From assembly GCA_035545675.1 (NCBI GenBank), contig DASZYA010000001.1:237-64236 (forward strand): a stretch of 64,000 bases of DNA, in the 5' to 3' direction. The DNA comes from Patescibacteria group bacterium. GTDB taxonomy: Bacteria; Patescibacteriota; Microgenomatia; Levybacterales; GWA1-39-11. The position numbers and the translations under genes were made by a program. Each line of letters starts with the position of its first letter. Position 1 is the first letter of the stretch. Below the pieces are notes generated by a model. That model had not been told where the DNA came from and ran no database searches. It saw only the letters and a program-made list of their open reading frames with translations. Of this stretch, positions 44,577-55,561 are shown in pieces.

Positions 44577-45697
44577 TTAGCTATTGATTCAAAAACACTA
44601 AGTGCCTCTTTTGCCGCTTTTTCCCAAGAAAATTTTTTAACCTGATTGTGTCCTTCCTTTATCATTTTGTCTCTTAATTTTTTGTCTTTCAAGACCTTGT
44701 TTATAATGCTAGCTATATCATCTGGATCTTCCGGATCAAAATAAAGTGCAGCATCTCCACCCGCTTCTGGTAGAGAGGATATATTGCTTGTTACAACTGG
44801 ACACCCATAACGCATAGCCTCAAGCACTGGAAGCCCAAAACCTTCATAAAGACTAGGGAGTACAAATACTTCTGCATTTTCGTAGAATAGTGCAAGCTCT
44901 GAATCATTGACTCCTTCTAAAAATCTAACCCTTGATCCCACCCCGAATTTAGCAGGAGCAGTAAGAATATCTTCATAATCCCAACCTCTCCTACCTATAA
45001 TAATGAGCTCGTAATCGTCGTCTATCTTTGAGAATGCGTGAATGAGTCTCACGAGATTTTTCCTGGGCTGAAGGGTTCCCACAAACAACACATAGGGCTT
45101 CTCAATATTGTATTTTTTGATGAATTCAGATTTTGTCATGGAAGATTTTTGTAAATCTTTTATTCCAAGGTGTAAAACCGCAATTTTAGCCTCAGGAACT
45201 TGGTATTCCTTGATTATATCATTCTTTGAACTCTCACTAATTGTAACTATTGCAGCGGCTTTTTTAATTGAATACTTACCCCAAATTGAAAGCTTTAAAA
45301 GATCCTGCTTCTTGAATAGTTCCGGGAAATACTTATAAGAAACGTCTAGAATTGATATAACCTCGGGTATTGGAGTAAATATAGGACTGTAATGAGTAGG
45401 AGAGAAAAGGACATCAATCGCTGTTTTCTTAAGAACATTTGGAGTTAGACCAGTTATAGTCCAAAGCTTTTTATTTGGTATTATTTCATATCTCCAGCCG
45501 GGTCTTTCTTCTGGCATATCTTTTGTTGGTGAGGTAGGTAGAAAAATTATATATTCGTTTGTCTTATCAATCTTATAAAGCTCTGACAGAAGCTGAAAAC
45601 ACACTTCAGAGCTTCCAACTCTATTTGGAAGTCCAGTCTTCTCATCAAATCCAAAACGAGGAATTACCGCCTCAAATCCATTTATACCTATTCGCAC
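44570..45697 (-). CDS. GT4 glycosyltransferase
   Basis: VGTLQPRKN, PSLYEGFGLPVLEAM; GTG start. Confidence 0.93.
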   Translation of the reverse strand: MRIGINGFEAVIPRFGFDEKTGLPNRVGSSEVCFQLLSELYKIDKTNEYIIFLPTSPTKDMPEERPGWRYEIIPNKKLWTITGLTPNVLKKTAIDVLFSPTHYSPIFTPIPEVISILDVSYKYFPELFKKQDLLKLSIWGKYSIKKAAAIVTISESSKNDIIKEYQVPEAKIAVLHLGIKDLQKSSMTKSEFIKKYNIEKPYVLFVGTLQPRKNLVRLIHAFSKIDDDYELIIIGRRGWDYEDILTAPAKFGVGSRVRFLEGVNDSELALFYENAEVFVLPSLYEGFGLPVLEAMRYGCPVVTSNISSLPEAGGDAALYFDPEDPDDIASIINKVLKDKKLRDKMIKEGHNQVKKFSWEKAAKEALSVFESIAKN

Positions 45698-45733
45698 ATA
45701 TATATTCTATAATAAAGTCATCACTTTTTTAAA

Positions 45734-46684
45734 TTGATGATTAAACTAATTAAGGTATTAAGCCTATTTCTGCTCGTCTTTGCATTTGCATTCGTCCTCA
45801 AACAAATACAGGTTAAAACTGAGGAGGGTAATATTTCCGAATACGAAGAAACCTCAATTAAAACAGATAATCCTCTAATTGCTGCCGTGGGGGATATACA
45901 ATGCGATCACAATATATTTTCCCAAAATAATTGCCCAAATAGAATTGAATCAATTATTGCAGGCAACAACAATCCGTATGCTATCTTGTTGTTAGGTGAT
46001 GAGCAATATGGGCATGGCACACTTCAAGACTTTCAAAATTCACTCGATCAAAACTGGGCTAACTATATTACAAAAATATTCCCAGTACCTGGAAATCATG
46101 ATTATTTGAGCGAGCTAGAGGGCTATAAAGAGTATTTCAAAGATAAAAATCCAAGAATTCCACTTAATAATACCTATTATAGTTTTGATATTAATAATTG
46201 GCATCTAGTGGCTCTAGATAGCAATTGCAGTCAAGTTGGAGGGTGTGGCAAAACATCACAGGAATATAAGTGGCTTGCAAAAGACTTATCTAAGAATACA
46301 AAAAAGTGTGTTCTTGCATATTTTCACCATCCTCTATTTAGCTCCGGAACTCACGGAAACAATTATTTTGTTAAAGATCTCTGGAACCTACTATATATGA
46401 ATAAAGCAGATCTTATACTAAATGGCCATGAGCACGTATATGAGAGGTTTGCTCCTCAAGATCCAAATGGAAAAATTGATAACAAAAAAGGGGTCAGGCA
46501 AATTACAGTCGGGACCGGAGGAGGACCACTGTACAAATTTAAGAATATAAAACCAAATAGTCAATTTAGGGACAACAAAGATTACGGTCTTCTCCTGGTC
46601 AATTTAGAAGATAGTAGTTATTCGTTTAAGTTTGTTAATACCGATAATAAGATCATAGATTCAGGAACGGCAAAGTGTAATTAG
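45734..46684 (+). CDS. Secreted/anchored metallophosphoesterase (purple-acid-phosphatase-like)
   Basis: AVGD, LLGDEQY, PGNHD, FHHP, NGHEH; N-terminal hydrophobic helix. Confidence 0.9.
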   Translation: MMIKLIKVLSLFLLVFAFAFVLKQIQVKTEEGNISEYEETSIKTDNPLIAAVGDIQCDHNIFSQNNCPNRIESIIAGNNNPYAILLLGDEQYGHGTLQDFQNSLDQNWANYITKIFPVPGNHDYLSELEGYKEYFKDKNPRIPLNNTYYSFDINNWHLVALDSNCSQVGGCGKTSQEYKWLAKDLSKNTKKCVLAYFHHPLFSSGTHGNNYFVKDLWNLLYMNKADLILNGHEHVYERFAPQDPNGKIDNKKGVRQITVGTGGGPLYKFKNIKPNSQFRDNKDYGLLLVNLEDSSYSFKFVNTDNKIIDSGTAKCN

Positions 46685-47217
46685 AATCCTGGATATATTA
46701 CGCTAATTTTTTCTGGATTTATACCCAAAAGTTCCTTCGTATCATTTTTTGTTGAATCTGATATGCAGATGACAAATTGAGACTCTTTTTTGACCCAAGA
46801 TAGCTTTCTTTTCTGAGTTTCAATAATTTTTTTATCCGTTTCCTCTGGATACTTATAAACAACAAGGTCATAAATAATCGTTCCTTTTTTTGCTTTTTTT
46901 GCCGGGGGCTCAGTCCAATCTGAAGTAAGAAGTATATCAACGTTCCCAATCAGATTCTCTATTGGCATAGCATGCAATTTATTCCAAAGCGTATCTAGGA
47001 TCTGTGGTGGAAATTTAAATTTTTTAATAACAGCACTTGGATTCTTTTCTACTGCGTCAATTATCTTCTGAGATGGTTTACCTCTGAATGATGAGAAAAA
47101 GAGAATATATTTATTAACACTATCTTTCTCAAGTAAATTAACAACTAAATTTGTAAGATAATTTGCTACTCCGGTATTTTGATAAGCTGTTTGACTAATA
47201 TCTATTCCAATTATCAT
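46681..47217 (-). CDS. GT4 N-terminal domain only (half glycosyltransferase)
   Basis: MIIGIDIS, GVANY, IIYDL, ISDSTKND; ends at VIYPGF, the interdomain hinge. Confidence 0.75.
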   Translation of the reverse strand: MIIGIDISQTAYQNTGVANYLTNLVVNLLEKDSVNKYILFFSSFRGKPSQKIIDAVEKNPSAVIKKFKFPPQILDTLWNKLHAMPIENLIGNVDILLTSDWTEPPAKKAKKGTIIYDLVVYKYPEETDKKIIETQKRKLSWVKKESQFVICISDSTKNDTKELLGINPEKISVIYPGF

Positions 47218-47253
47218 ATAACCATTATATATATTCGGCAAGCTCGGCACAAA

Positions 47254-47472
47254 TTATTTATTTCTAAAATCGAGGATAAAGAATACACATGCAAATAGCA
47301 TAAATGCCACTCCATAATATACAAATCTTTGTGCGGTAAAGAAAACCCAGAAAGCAAAAAGAGGAATGGATAGCAAAATTGATACCAAACCTGCCCAAAC
47401 AAAATATTTTGGATTTCTTTTAAATAAAAGAACTATCAAAATTAGTATAAAGAGAATGTCTTGCGGTTTCAT
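47254..47472 (-). CDS. Small membrane protein
   Basis: 72 aa with three hydrophobic segments; in operon. Confidence 0.7.
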   Translation of the reverse strand: MKPQDILFILILIVLLFKRNPKYFVWAGLVSILLSIPLFAFWVFFTAQRFVYYGVAFMLFACVFFILDFRNK

Positions 47473-47473
47473 A

Positions 47474-48445
47474 TTATATGTAATATTTTAAATTGTTTTT
47501 ATAAAACTCAATAGTTTTTTCTATCCCTTTTTCTACACTTACTTCTGGCCTCCACAGAAGTTCCTTTTCTATTTTTTTAGAAGTTGAATAGAAGTCAGGA
47601 AAATCAACGCTCTTTAGTTCTTTTGGAAATGCTATGAATTTATGTTTTGATCCTGGAATCTTTTCTTCGATTATTTCTGCAATTTTATTTATTGACGTTC
47701 CAATACCGGTTCCTACAAAATACATTTGGCCGTCGCCTTTTTGAGGAATAGCTTTTATTAATGAATCAACCACATCATCTACATAAACATAATCTCTTGT
47801 CTGCTGACCATCCCCATATATTGGCATTATTTTGTCTTGCAAAGCGTATGAAATAAATAAATTGAGAGTACCATAATGATTACTCCTAATCTGACATCTT
47901 GGACCATAAACATTATTAAATCTTAAAACAGTCACGGGAAATGAATATTCCTTACCAAAAAGAAAAATATATTTTTCTGCAGCCAATTTATTTATTCCAT
48001 ATATATCTCGGGGATTTTCAGGGTGCTTCTCGTCAACCGGTAGATAAATCGGTTGACCAATTACGCCCCTACTACCACTGAATATGAGCTTGGGTTTTCT
48101 CTTCATTTTTTTGATTGCGGATAGGACAACAAGTGTTCCGATTGAATTAATTTGAGTATCCAGAACCGGATCAGACATGGAAATATTTCTACCGGTTTGC
48201 CCAGCAAGGTGAAAAACGAAATCCACACCACTAATCAGTTCTTCAATAATCTTAGGATCTCTAACATCGCCTTTTACAAAACGTATTTTATTTTTTATAT
48301 CTGCAATATTAAACATATTTCCACCATACGGAGGAATCATGGCGTCTAAAATCGTTACCCTATATCCTTCGTTTACGAGTCTGCTTGCCAAACTGCTACC
48401 TATAAATCCAGCGCCCCCTGTTATTAATACTTTATTTTTTTTCAT
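47474..48445 (-). CDS. NAD-dependent epimerase/dehydratase
   Basis: TGGAGFIG, YGINK, NVYGP, RDYVYVDD. Confidence 0.92.
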   Translation of the reverse strand: MKKNKVLITGGAGFIGSSLASRLVNEGYRVTILDAMIPPYGGNMFNIADIKNKIRFVKGDVRDPKIIEELISGVDFVFHLAGQTGRNISMSDPVLDTQINSIGTLVVLSAIKKMKRKPKLIFSGSRGVIGQPIYLPVDEKHPENPRDIYGINKLAAEKYIFLFGKEYSFPVTVLRFNNVYGPRCQIRSNHYGTLNLFISYALQDKIMPIYGDGQQTRDYVYVDDVVDSLIKAIPQKGDGQMYFVGTGIGTSINKIAEIIEEKIPGSKHKFIAFPKELKSVDFPDFYSTSKKIEKELLWRPEVSVEKGIEKTIEFYKNNLKYYI

Positions 48446-50456
48446 TTCTTTTTATAAATAGATAAGTAGCAAGAGAAATAACAGTCATACTACTTATCCA
48501 AAGTCCCAAAACTACATAAATTTGCGCGGTATAGGAAACAACAAAACTATAATTTCCGCTTTTGTTCAAAATAAAACTATTTAGCCCCTTGTAGTTTTTA
48601 CTCAAGACTTTTTGATTATTAATCATAGCTACCCATTTTTTATCAAAACTTTCAGAGAAAACTAGCATGTCTCCCTCCTTTGCATTAGAAACTTCTACTT
48701 GGTGTTTTGTGGGGTGTATATATTTACTCTTGATCTTTACACTATCATCACTCCAGAAATGGGCATGAGAATTACCCAGTCTAAATACTGCAATTTTTCC
48801 GAATCCATTAAGCTTGTTTAGGTATTTAACTTTCTCTAGATCTGATATTGTTTTTCTGTATCCTAACTCGTCATATTTTCTATCACTGAGAAATATTTCT
48901 CCCTCTGTATCATACGGAACAATAACATATTCAATTCCCAGTTCTTCTAATTTTGTCTTACTTGTGGGTTTATTGATTGCTTTAACAATTTGCTTCTCAC
49001 TAAAAACATTGAATAAATCTTGAGCTGCAACCGACGGATGGTTTTCAGAGTAATATCCAAATCTTTGCATTGTTGGGACCCATAGGGTCCTTGAAAACGA
49101 ACTTTGAGACGATAAAAATTTTTCTAACTTTATGTATTCATTAGGAACAGCATGTTTTTTGTATGTACCACCTAACTGACCCATAAGTGCTGGCTTTATT
49201 AGATAAACTAAATAGATAAAAAATAGTCCTATTATAATCGGGCCAATTCTCAAAGGAGCTAAGCTTTTGATGCTTTTTTGTTTTTTAATCAGCTCATATA
49301 TCTCGAATAATGTGAAGGGGATTAATACGCTGTATGATACAGCAATTAACATATACCACTTGGTAGGATCTCGAAACAAAGTGAATCCTGGCAAATAATT
49401 AAAAAGTAATATATAAATTTGGCCAAATGGATCATTTGCTCCTTTTGCCAAAAATATTCCAACTATAGCAAGCAATGCAAAATAAATAACGTAAGTTGTC
49501 TCTTTTCTCTTTTTATTGACAAATAAGAGAGACGCGAAAGCAAAAAGAGGAAGAATAAGAAACTCCCATTTCATGAATGATACTTTTCCAAAAATATTTT
49601 CAGGCCAATTTGGATGGAGTAAACCTAGGGAGTTTTCAAATTTTGCAAAGCTAAAGAATTTAACTGCTCCAACAGTATTAAATGCAGAACCCAACTCATT
49701 AAGTGGATTCTCATGAACCGCAATGACAGGTAAAATCCAAAATGCATTAATTAATAATGTGATAAGTCCTGGAATAATAAGCAGATAAATTAAATTGCTA
49801 ATTAGGTTTTTTCCGGCTACTCTTTTAACAATTACTTGAAAAAGGTAGAAAATACCCACCGCAGCAAATGTTATATATCCAATCCGTAAATCCAGTAAGG
49901 TTTGAAAGCCTATTAGCGCACCTAAAATAATGCTTTTTTTGAGGATATTCTTATCTTCAAAAATACTGATGCAGGTTGCAATAATAAAAGGTATAAAAGT
50001 ATAAGAAATCGCAATAATAATTTGTCCACCACCTGCCAAAGTAAGGATATAAGTATTAAAAAGAAAAATAATTATTGAAAATATCCAAAATGGGTTATTA
50101 TTAAATATTTTTTTAAATAAATAGCTTGGAGCTATTAATCCAAGTATTATGAACGGATAGAAAAAACCTAATCTCTCAACTATTTCCCAGGGAAGTTTTA
50201 AAAAATACCCAAAAAAGAAAATAGGAGCACCGAAAACTAAATTTATTGCTTGATATAGTGGGGAGAAAATTCCTAGGCCATTTCCTTTAATCCAATTCCA
50301 AGCAAAAGCAAACATACTGAATTGGCTATACATGGATGGAAAATTAAACCAGAAGTCTCCACCGGTAATTAAGTTTGGAACAAACCAATTACGAAACACG
50401 AGGAGCACTAAAACTCCAATTAGAAAATAAGGTAGTATTCTATAAATTCTATCCAT
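48432..50456 (-). CDS. Polytopic membrane protein, GT-C/YfhO-like
   Basis: GGD in first loop, PGF.LFRDP.K, soluble C-domain with SESFDKKW, C-terminal TM. Confidence 0.7.
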   Translation of the reverse strand: MDRIYRILPYFLIGVLVLLVFRNWFVPNLITGGDFWFNFPSMYSQFSMFAFAWNWIKGNGLGIFSPLYQAINLVFGAPIFFFGYFLKLPWEIVERLGFFYPFIILGLIAPSYLFKKIFNNNPFWIFSIIIFLFNTYILTLAGGGQIIIAISYTFIPFIIATCISIFEDKNILKKSIILGALIGFQTLLDLRIGYITFAAVGIFYLFQVIVKRVAGKNLISNLIYLLIIPGLITLLINAFWILPVIAVHENPLNELGSAFNTVGAVKFFSFAKFENSLGLLHPNWPENIFGKVSFMKWEFLILPLFAFASLLFVNKKRKETTYVIYFALLAIVGIFLAKGANDPFGQIYILLFNYLPGFTLFRDPTKWYMLIAVSYSVLIPFTLFEIYELIKKQKSIKSLAPLRIGPIIIGLFFIYLVYLIKPALMGQLGGTYKKHAVPNEYIKLEKFLSSQSSFSRTLWVPTMQRFGYYSENHPSVAAQDLFNVFSEKQIVKAINKPTSKTKLEELGIEYVIVPYDTEGEIFLSDRKYDELGYRKTISDLEKVKYLNKLNGFGKIAVFRLGNSHAHFWSDDSVKIKSKYIHPTKHQVEVSNAKEGDMLVFSESFDKKWVAMINNQKVLSKNYKGLNSFILNKSGNYSFVVSYTAQIYVVLGLWISSMTVISLATYLFIKRNEKK

Positions 50457-51477
50457 TCTCTTTGATAAGAATTTTAAAGAAATTTTTATAATTCACTTCA
50501 GATTTTGGACTGTACTTCTCTTCAAAAATTAATTGGGCCGCCCCCACTATAAATAATGTGAATATCCAAACATTTAATTTTCCTTGATAATCCAACATTC
50601 CAAACATTGTTAGTATCACCCAAACCATAATCATTATACCCGTGGTCAAAAAGGTTACACTACTCTCAATTTTAAATTTATGAATATTTATAATCCACAA
50701 AATAGAAAGAACAATCAAGATTCCAACGTAATATTCTTTAAGTAGCAATATATCCAAAACTATTAAAATAATTGCCATACCAATGGATAAACTTCTAGAA
50801 CTTTTATTCTTTAACTTTGACAAAAAATAAACAAAAACATATACAGCCAATGGTGCCAAGAATATTAATGACCTCAATAGAAAGTCAATATTTGTAAATG
50901 AGGTTTCAATTTTCTTATAAAGAAATCCTACTAAAATTTTCTTGCTGCCAAGGATTTCACCTTTTGAAAACTGGTATGCAGTTGATAGTGTTGGCTTACC
51001 GTCAGTTAAATTAATTGAATTGTTTGGAGTTCCATATAGGGATTTAATTTCGAATACATATGTTTTATCTTTTGAGTCTGGAATCGATGGAAATCCAAAT
51101 GGATATTCAAGCTGTCTATCTAGACTTCCAGACCTATAAGTATTTATATATTTCCAATCTTTCTGTCCTTTCTCTTTAATTCTAAATAACAGAACGTCTT
51201 CTCCACCGGAACCCCTTTCAATAAAGTTCTTAAAACCTAAGTTAATAATCCCCAAATTATTGTCATTAGCCTTAAATTCACCGATAATACTCTTGTCTTT
51301 CAATAATAACCCCGATGGATAAGATTTAATATCCCGAGCACTTTCACTGTATTGAATGACAGAAAAACTTATTTTATTGTTAAAAAATAATGATGCAAAA
51401 AACCAAAACAACAAAAGGATTACGGGAATAATTATTGTAAAAATTATTCCATATGATTTTTTATTTCTTTTTGGCAT
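50449..51477 (-). CDS. Hypothetical membrane protein with extracellular beta domain
   Basis: TM, YPFGFPSIPDSKDKTY domain, about five C-terminal TMs. Start trimmed to MPKRN. Confidence 0.7.
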   Translation of the reverse strand: MPKRNKKSYGIIFTIIIPVILLLFWFFASLFFNNKISFSVIQYSESARDIKSYPSGLLLKDKSIIGEFKANDNNLGIINLGFKNFIERGSGGEDVLLFRIKEKGQKDWKYINTYRSGSLDRQLEYPFGFPSIPDSKDKTYVFEIKSLYGTPNNSINLTDGKPTLSTAYQFSKGEILGSKKILVGFLYKKIETSFTNIDFLLRSLIFLAPLAVYVFVYFLSKLKNKSSRSLSIGMAIILIVLDILLLKEYYVGILIVLSILWIINIHKFKIESSVTFLTTGIMIMVWVILTMFGMLDYQGKLNVWIFTLFIVGAAQLIFEEKYSPKSEVNYKNFFKILIKENG

Positions 51478-53767
51478 ATCTTGATGAAAAAAAGAGAAAT
51501 ATTGTACAGGCAATCAGGTTTAATAAGCTAATAATTATTCCATAGTAGAAATATAATTGCGGTCTATAATAGAGTATAAATTCTACATCAATACTCCCAT
51601 CTTTTTTTACCGTGTAATAGTTGTTTGGTAATGTTTTTTTAATATAGGAAGGATCAATCAGCCAATCATTTGTTGTTCCGTCCTTACTAGCGTGAGTGTT
51701 AGAAAAAATTGGCTTCTTGAAAAAATAAAGCAACTCATCGAGAGTTAAAAGACTAAACTCTTCCTTACATTCTTTAGTGTTCTTCACACTAGATACAACA
51801 TTGTTACAAAACGACATATTCGGGTACTTAACTGGATAGATTTTCCAATTGGAATTGTATGAATCAAACATTTTTAGCTCTTGTTTTGATTTAAGATTCT
51901 TAAAATACAAAATGTATTTAACTGGGTTTATTTTTTTGAAATACAAGTTTTTTGATAGAAGATAACTATTCTTATTTTTTGCTTCATATAAAATATAGCT
52001 ATTATTTGAACTTGTTTTTATTTTTTTACTCGTAATTCCCTTTATCAATCCTTCATCCTCATACTTAACGGTATTATTATCAAAAGCATATGAATGAATA
52101 ACTTGGTCCGGAATATTTTTATTAACAAAAACATAGTTAATATTTCTTTTAAAGAGTGTTTTATTTATGTCCTTGTAATTTCTGCTTGTAATATCGTCCT
52201 GAATTTTCTGTCCATCTGGATCATAATTAAATGAAAGAGTACCAGATATATCATTTACTCCACTAAAGATTTTAACGGGCGAAACCCCCAAATAAACGTT
52301 ATTGGAATTAGTATCTTTAATTACTGAATAAAGAGATGATCCGTACGGCAATGTCAGAATTGTATTACTAGAAGATACATTGTTGTGAATGAAATTCATC
52401 ATATCTAAATATTCTTGAGGAATTGTTATTACTCTATAAACATTTTTAGTGGTCCACAAAACAGAATTAACCGTAGATTTTACTGATGTAAAATTAAGCA
52501 GTACAACAAATATAAATAAAATGTTTATAGCTTTTCTGTATTTGGGTAATTCATTCGACACAGCAAGTAAACCAGCTGTGATTAATATTGAATAAATAAA
52601 TATATATCCAGGAGCAAACTTATCATAGAAATTTCTAAACATAACAAATCCTGGAATTTTTCCCATATACAAGAATAAATCTTTGAAAGGACCGATGTTA
52701 ACCGTGAAAAAGAAAAGTGAAAAAATAAATGCTGTTAGAAAATAAGTGTAAATTCTTCTACCCTCTTTATTAAAATATTTCTTAAATAACAATAATCCAC
52801 CTATTAAAACAGCTATAAATATAAGATTAAGAAATAATGTCTTATCAAACAGATAGATAAACTGTTCTTTAAGCTTCCATTCATAATCAAATGCTATCTG
52901 TCTATGAAATAGTCCAAGTATTGGATACAGAATAGTACCCACAGCTGTTGAAACAACTGTTGGAGTAAATGTATCCGTGTAGCTTTTGGCTATAACATTA
53001 AAAACAAAGTTACTATTATCTCTAATAAAATATGGCGCAAAAAAAGCAAATAGCCAATAAGATTGTGAAATTGCGAGCAATACAACAAAAATAAAAGCTT
53101 TTTTGATGAATGTAAGTATATCTTTCTTTTTAGAAAAAACTAGGAGAACCGGAGAGGCAAGTATCAGCGGCAACGCTAATCCCAAGATCCATGGAATCGC
53201 GATAAAACAAAAAGAGAAGAGCATTGAAAGAATTAACGCCTTATATACATTAATAAAATTAGATGTTCTTAGATATGAAATGAAATAATACAAAAGGGCC
53301 GGAAACATACATAGTAACCAAGTAGATGTCAGATATATAAATAAGAGATCAAATATTACGATCGGCGACAACACATAGAATAAGCTACCAATATAAATCT
53401 CAATGAAGTTGCTTTTCTTTTCAGGAAAAAGAACGCCCATCAATTTTTGAAAATATATTAGACCAAGAACTAAGGGCATTGAGAATGCTGTGTAGCTTAG
53501 TATTACTTTATTTTTAAGAATTGAATCAATTGCTGACCAAAAACCTAAGAATGGTAATGTGTATTGATTTGAAGCATTTATACCAATTGTTGACACGCTG
53601 TACCATGAATAGAAAGATGAGTTTTTAAAGTATTCAAAAGGGTAAGAATAGAGAAGTCTCGTATCATCTCCTCCCAGAAAAAGCTTACCATTGAATATAT
53701 AATAAGGAAGAGCAAGTAACAAAATTATTGTTACTAAATTAATTATCGTTTTAAAGTTTAATCTCAT
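51461..53767 (-). CDS. Polytopic membrane protein, GT-C/YfhO-like
   Basis: GGDD first loop, PGFVMFRNFYDKF, soluble C-domain, C-terminal TM; resembles 48432-50456. Confidence 0.7.
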   Translation of the reverse strand: MRLNFKTIINLVTIILLLALPYYIFNGKLFLGGDDTRLLYSYPFEYFKNSSFYSWYSVSTIGINASNQYTLPFLGFWSAIDSILKNKVILSYTAFSMPLVLGLIYFQKLMGVLFPEKKSNFIEIYIGSLFYVLSPIVIFDLLFIYLTSTWLLCMFPALLYYFISYLRTSNFINVYKALILSMLFSFCFIAIPWILGLALPLILASPVLLVFSKKKDILTFIKKAFIFVVLLAISQSYWLFAFFAPYFIRDNSNFVFNVIAKSYTDTFTPTVVSTAVGTILYPILGLFHRQIAFDYEWKLKEQFIYLFDKTLFLNLIFIAVLIGGLLLFKKYFNKEGRRIYTYFLTAFIFSLFFFTVNIGPFKDLFLYMGKIPGFVMFRNFYDKFAPGYIFIYSILITAGLLAVSNELPKYRKAINILFIFVVLLNFTSVKSTVNSVLWTTKNVYRVITIPQEYLDMMNFIHNNVSSSNTILTLPYGSSLYSVIKDTNSNNVYLGVSPVKIFSGVNDISGTLSFNYDPDGQKIQDDITSRNYKDINKTLFKRNINYVFVNKNIPDQVIHSYAFDNNTVKYEDEGLIKGITSKKIKTSSNNSYILYEAKNKNSYLLSKNLYFKKINPVKYILYFKNLKSKQELKMFDSYNSNWKIYPVKYPNMSFCNNVVSSVKNTKECKEEFSLLTLDELLYFFKKPIFSNTHASKDGTTNDWLIDPSYIKKTLPNNYYTVKKDGSIDVEFILYYRPQLYFYYGIIISLLNLIACTIFLFFSSRYAKKK

Positions 53768-53768
53768 G

Positions 53769-54590
53769 CTACTTAAGCCAAAAGCTATTGTATGGTGTTA
53801 ACTTATCAACAAATGCATATTTGTTTTTTCTAAGATATGCTAATACCTTATCTTTTTTAACACAATCCTCAACAAACAAATAGGTCTTACTACCATTTCT
53901 TACACACTCCTCTATTCCCTTAAGTCCATCTATAACATAATCATCTATATCAAGCTTTATAAAAACCGCGCCATACTTTTTGAAATTATTTTTTCCAATC
54001 ACAGATGCGAGGGTTTTAATTTTAACATTATTTTTTATAATGTTTTTTTGCCCTATACCTATTTTATACAATTTCGCGTTCTTTATTTTGTTTTCTGCCA
54101 CATTTTTCTTTAATAAAGAAAAACTATTCGGAGAGTAAATTGCTGCATCCGGCTCAAAAGAAATTATATTGAGCTTTTTTCTTTTAAATTTATTTCCTAA
54201 TGCAATTGTATATTTACCAAACGAGGCTCCTATATCCACGAATAAAATGCTCTTACTTGTGATGAATTCTTTTTCTATTTGTTTCATTAAGTAATTCAAG
54301 TCTTGTCGCTCAAAGGCTGGAGAAACAATAAATATATTCATCAAATCCGGATTGATATTAAATTTTCCAAATTTTGTATTAAACACTTCAGAAAAAAAAG
54401 GTAATTTTAAATAGAACAATGAATTTTGTTTTGTTATTGCTCTAAATAACCAAATTGCTTCAGCTAAATAAATTGTCAGAAAGCCTTTACTACATTCAAA
54501 AATTATTATCACTTTGTAAAAAATAAAACTAAGATAAAAATATAATATTTTACTTTTTGAAAATTTAAACATATTGCTCGTTTTGTACAT
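53769..54590 (-). CDS. Divergent FkbM-like methyltransferase
   Basis: FVDIGASFG, SFEPD, IKLDID. Confidence 0.7.
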   Translation of the reverse strand: MYKTSNMFKFSKSKILYFYLSFIFYKVIIIFECSKGFLTIYLAEAIWLFRAITKQNSLFYLKLPFFSEVFNTKFGKFNINPDLMNIFIVSPAFERQDLNYLMKQIEKEFITSKSILFVDIGASFGKYTIALGNKFKRKKLNIISFEPDAAIYSPNSFSLLKKNVAENKIKNAKLYKIGIGQKNIIKNNVKIKTLASVIGKNNFKKYGAVFIKLDIDDYVIDGLKGIEECVRNGSKTYLFVEDCVKKDKVLAYLRKNKYAFVDKLTPYNSFWLK

Positions 54591-54616
54591 ATCTTAGATA
54601 CATCGCTTAACCATTC

Positions 54617-55558
54617 TTACGAAAGCCTACTACTAGATATAGTCAAACCATTTATCGTACCCCTTATAAAATCAATTGCCGCGCTTACCCTAGAAGATAA
54701 AGCGAATTTATCTTTACCCCTGTAGGCAATAAATTTATAAACATATATAAACATGAAAAACCACGCCCAAAAAAACTTAATAAATATATTTTGGATGTTT
54801 GTTGAATATATTTCGTGGAATACGATCCTATTCCTCGCAAATACAAAAGACCGTCTACTATCAGTCATGTAATGATTTATAAAATCTTTATCTTCCTCTT
54901 CTACGCTATGGTAAATTTTAGCGTTCCTAACAAATGCAATTTTTAAACCAACCCGCTTTATTCTATAGGCTAGATCGCTTTCTTCGTACATAATTCCAAA
55001 GAACTTACGAAATCTAATTTTGTATTTTCTCAAAACATCTGCCCTTACTAAAAAAGCGTTAGGAATATCGTCAGTTTCCCAATAAGGCCCTTTTAGGTTT
55101 CTCAGATCTCTTTTATGATATGTTTTTGTAGTCCACATGTTTCTTGAAGATTTTGAAAGTAGAACTTTGTTTTTCCTGCCTAAAACGTAATTAATTGGCC
55201 CCACTTCACCAAGCTCATCATGCTCCTCCATAACTTTCACCAAATTTTCGATCATGTATTTGTCAACTATATTATCGTCATCAATAAAGGCAATATATTT
55301 TCCTTTGGCTTTTTCTTCACCTACGTTTTTACTTCCTGCGGCAAACAGGTTTTTTTTATTTCTATAGATTTTGATAATTTTGTTTTTTTTAAACTTATTT
55401 TCTAAATAATCTTTTGTACCATCATTTGAAGCATCATCGATTATTATTAATTCAATTTTTTTATAAGAGCTTTGCAGTATGCTCCTTATTAGATTTGCAG
55501 CCATTTTCTTTCTGTTGTAGGTTGGGACAATAATTGAAACAAGAGGAGTAGAATTCAT
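54617..55558 (-). CDS. GT2 glycosyltransferase
   Basis: VSIIVPTYNR, IDDASND, FIDDD, YEESD. Confidence 0.9.
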   Translation of the reverse strand: MNSTPLVSIIVPTYNRKKMAANLIRSILQSSYKKIELIIIDDASNDGTKDYLENKFKKNKIIKIYRNKKNLFAAGSKNVGEEKAKGKYIAFIDDDNIVDKYMIENLVKVMEEHDELGEVGPINYVLGRKNKVLLSKSSRNMWTTKTYHKRDLRNLKGPYWETDDIPNAFLVRADVLRKYKIRFRKFFGIMYEESDLAYRIKRVGLKIAFVRNAKIYHSVEEEDKDFINHYMTDSRRSFVFARNRIVFHEIYSTNIQNIFIKFFWAWFFMFIYVYKFIAYRGKDKFALSSRVSAAIDFIRGTINGLTISSSRLS

Positions 55559-55561
55559 AAA

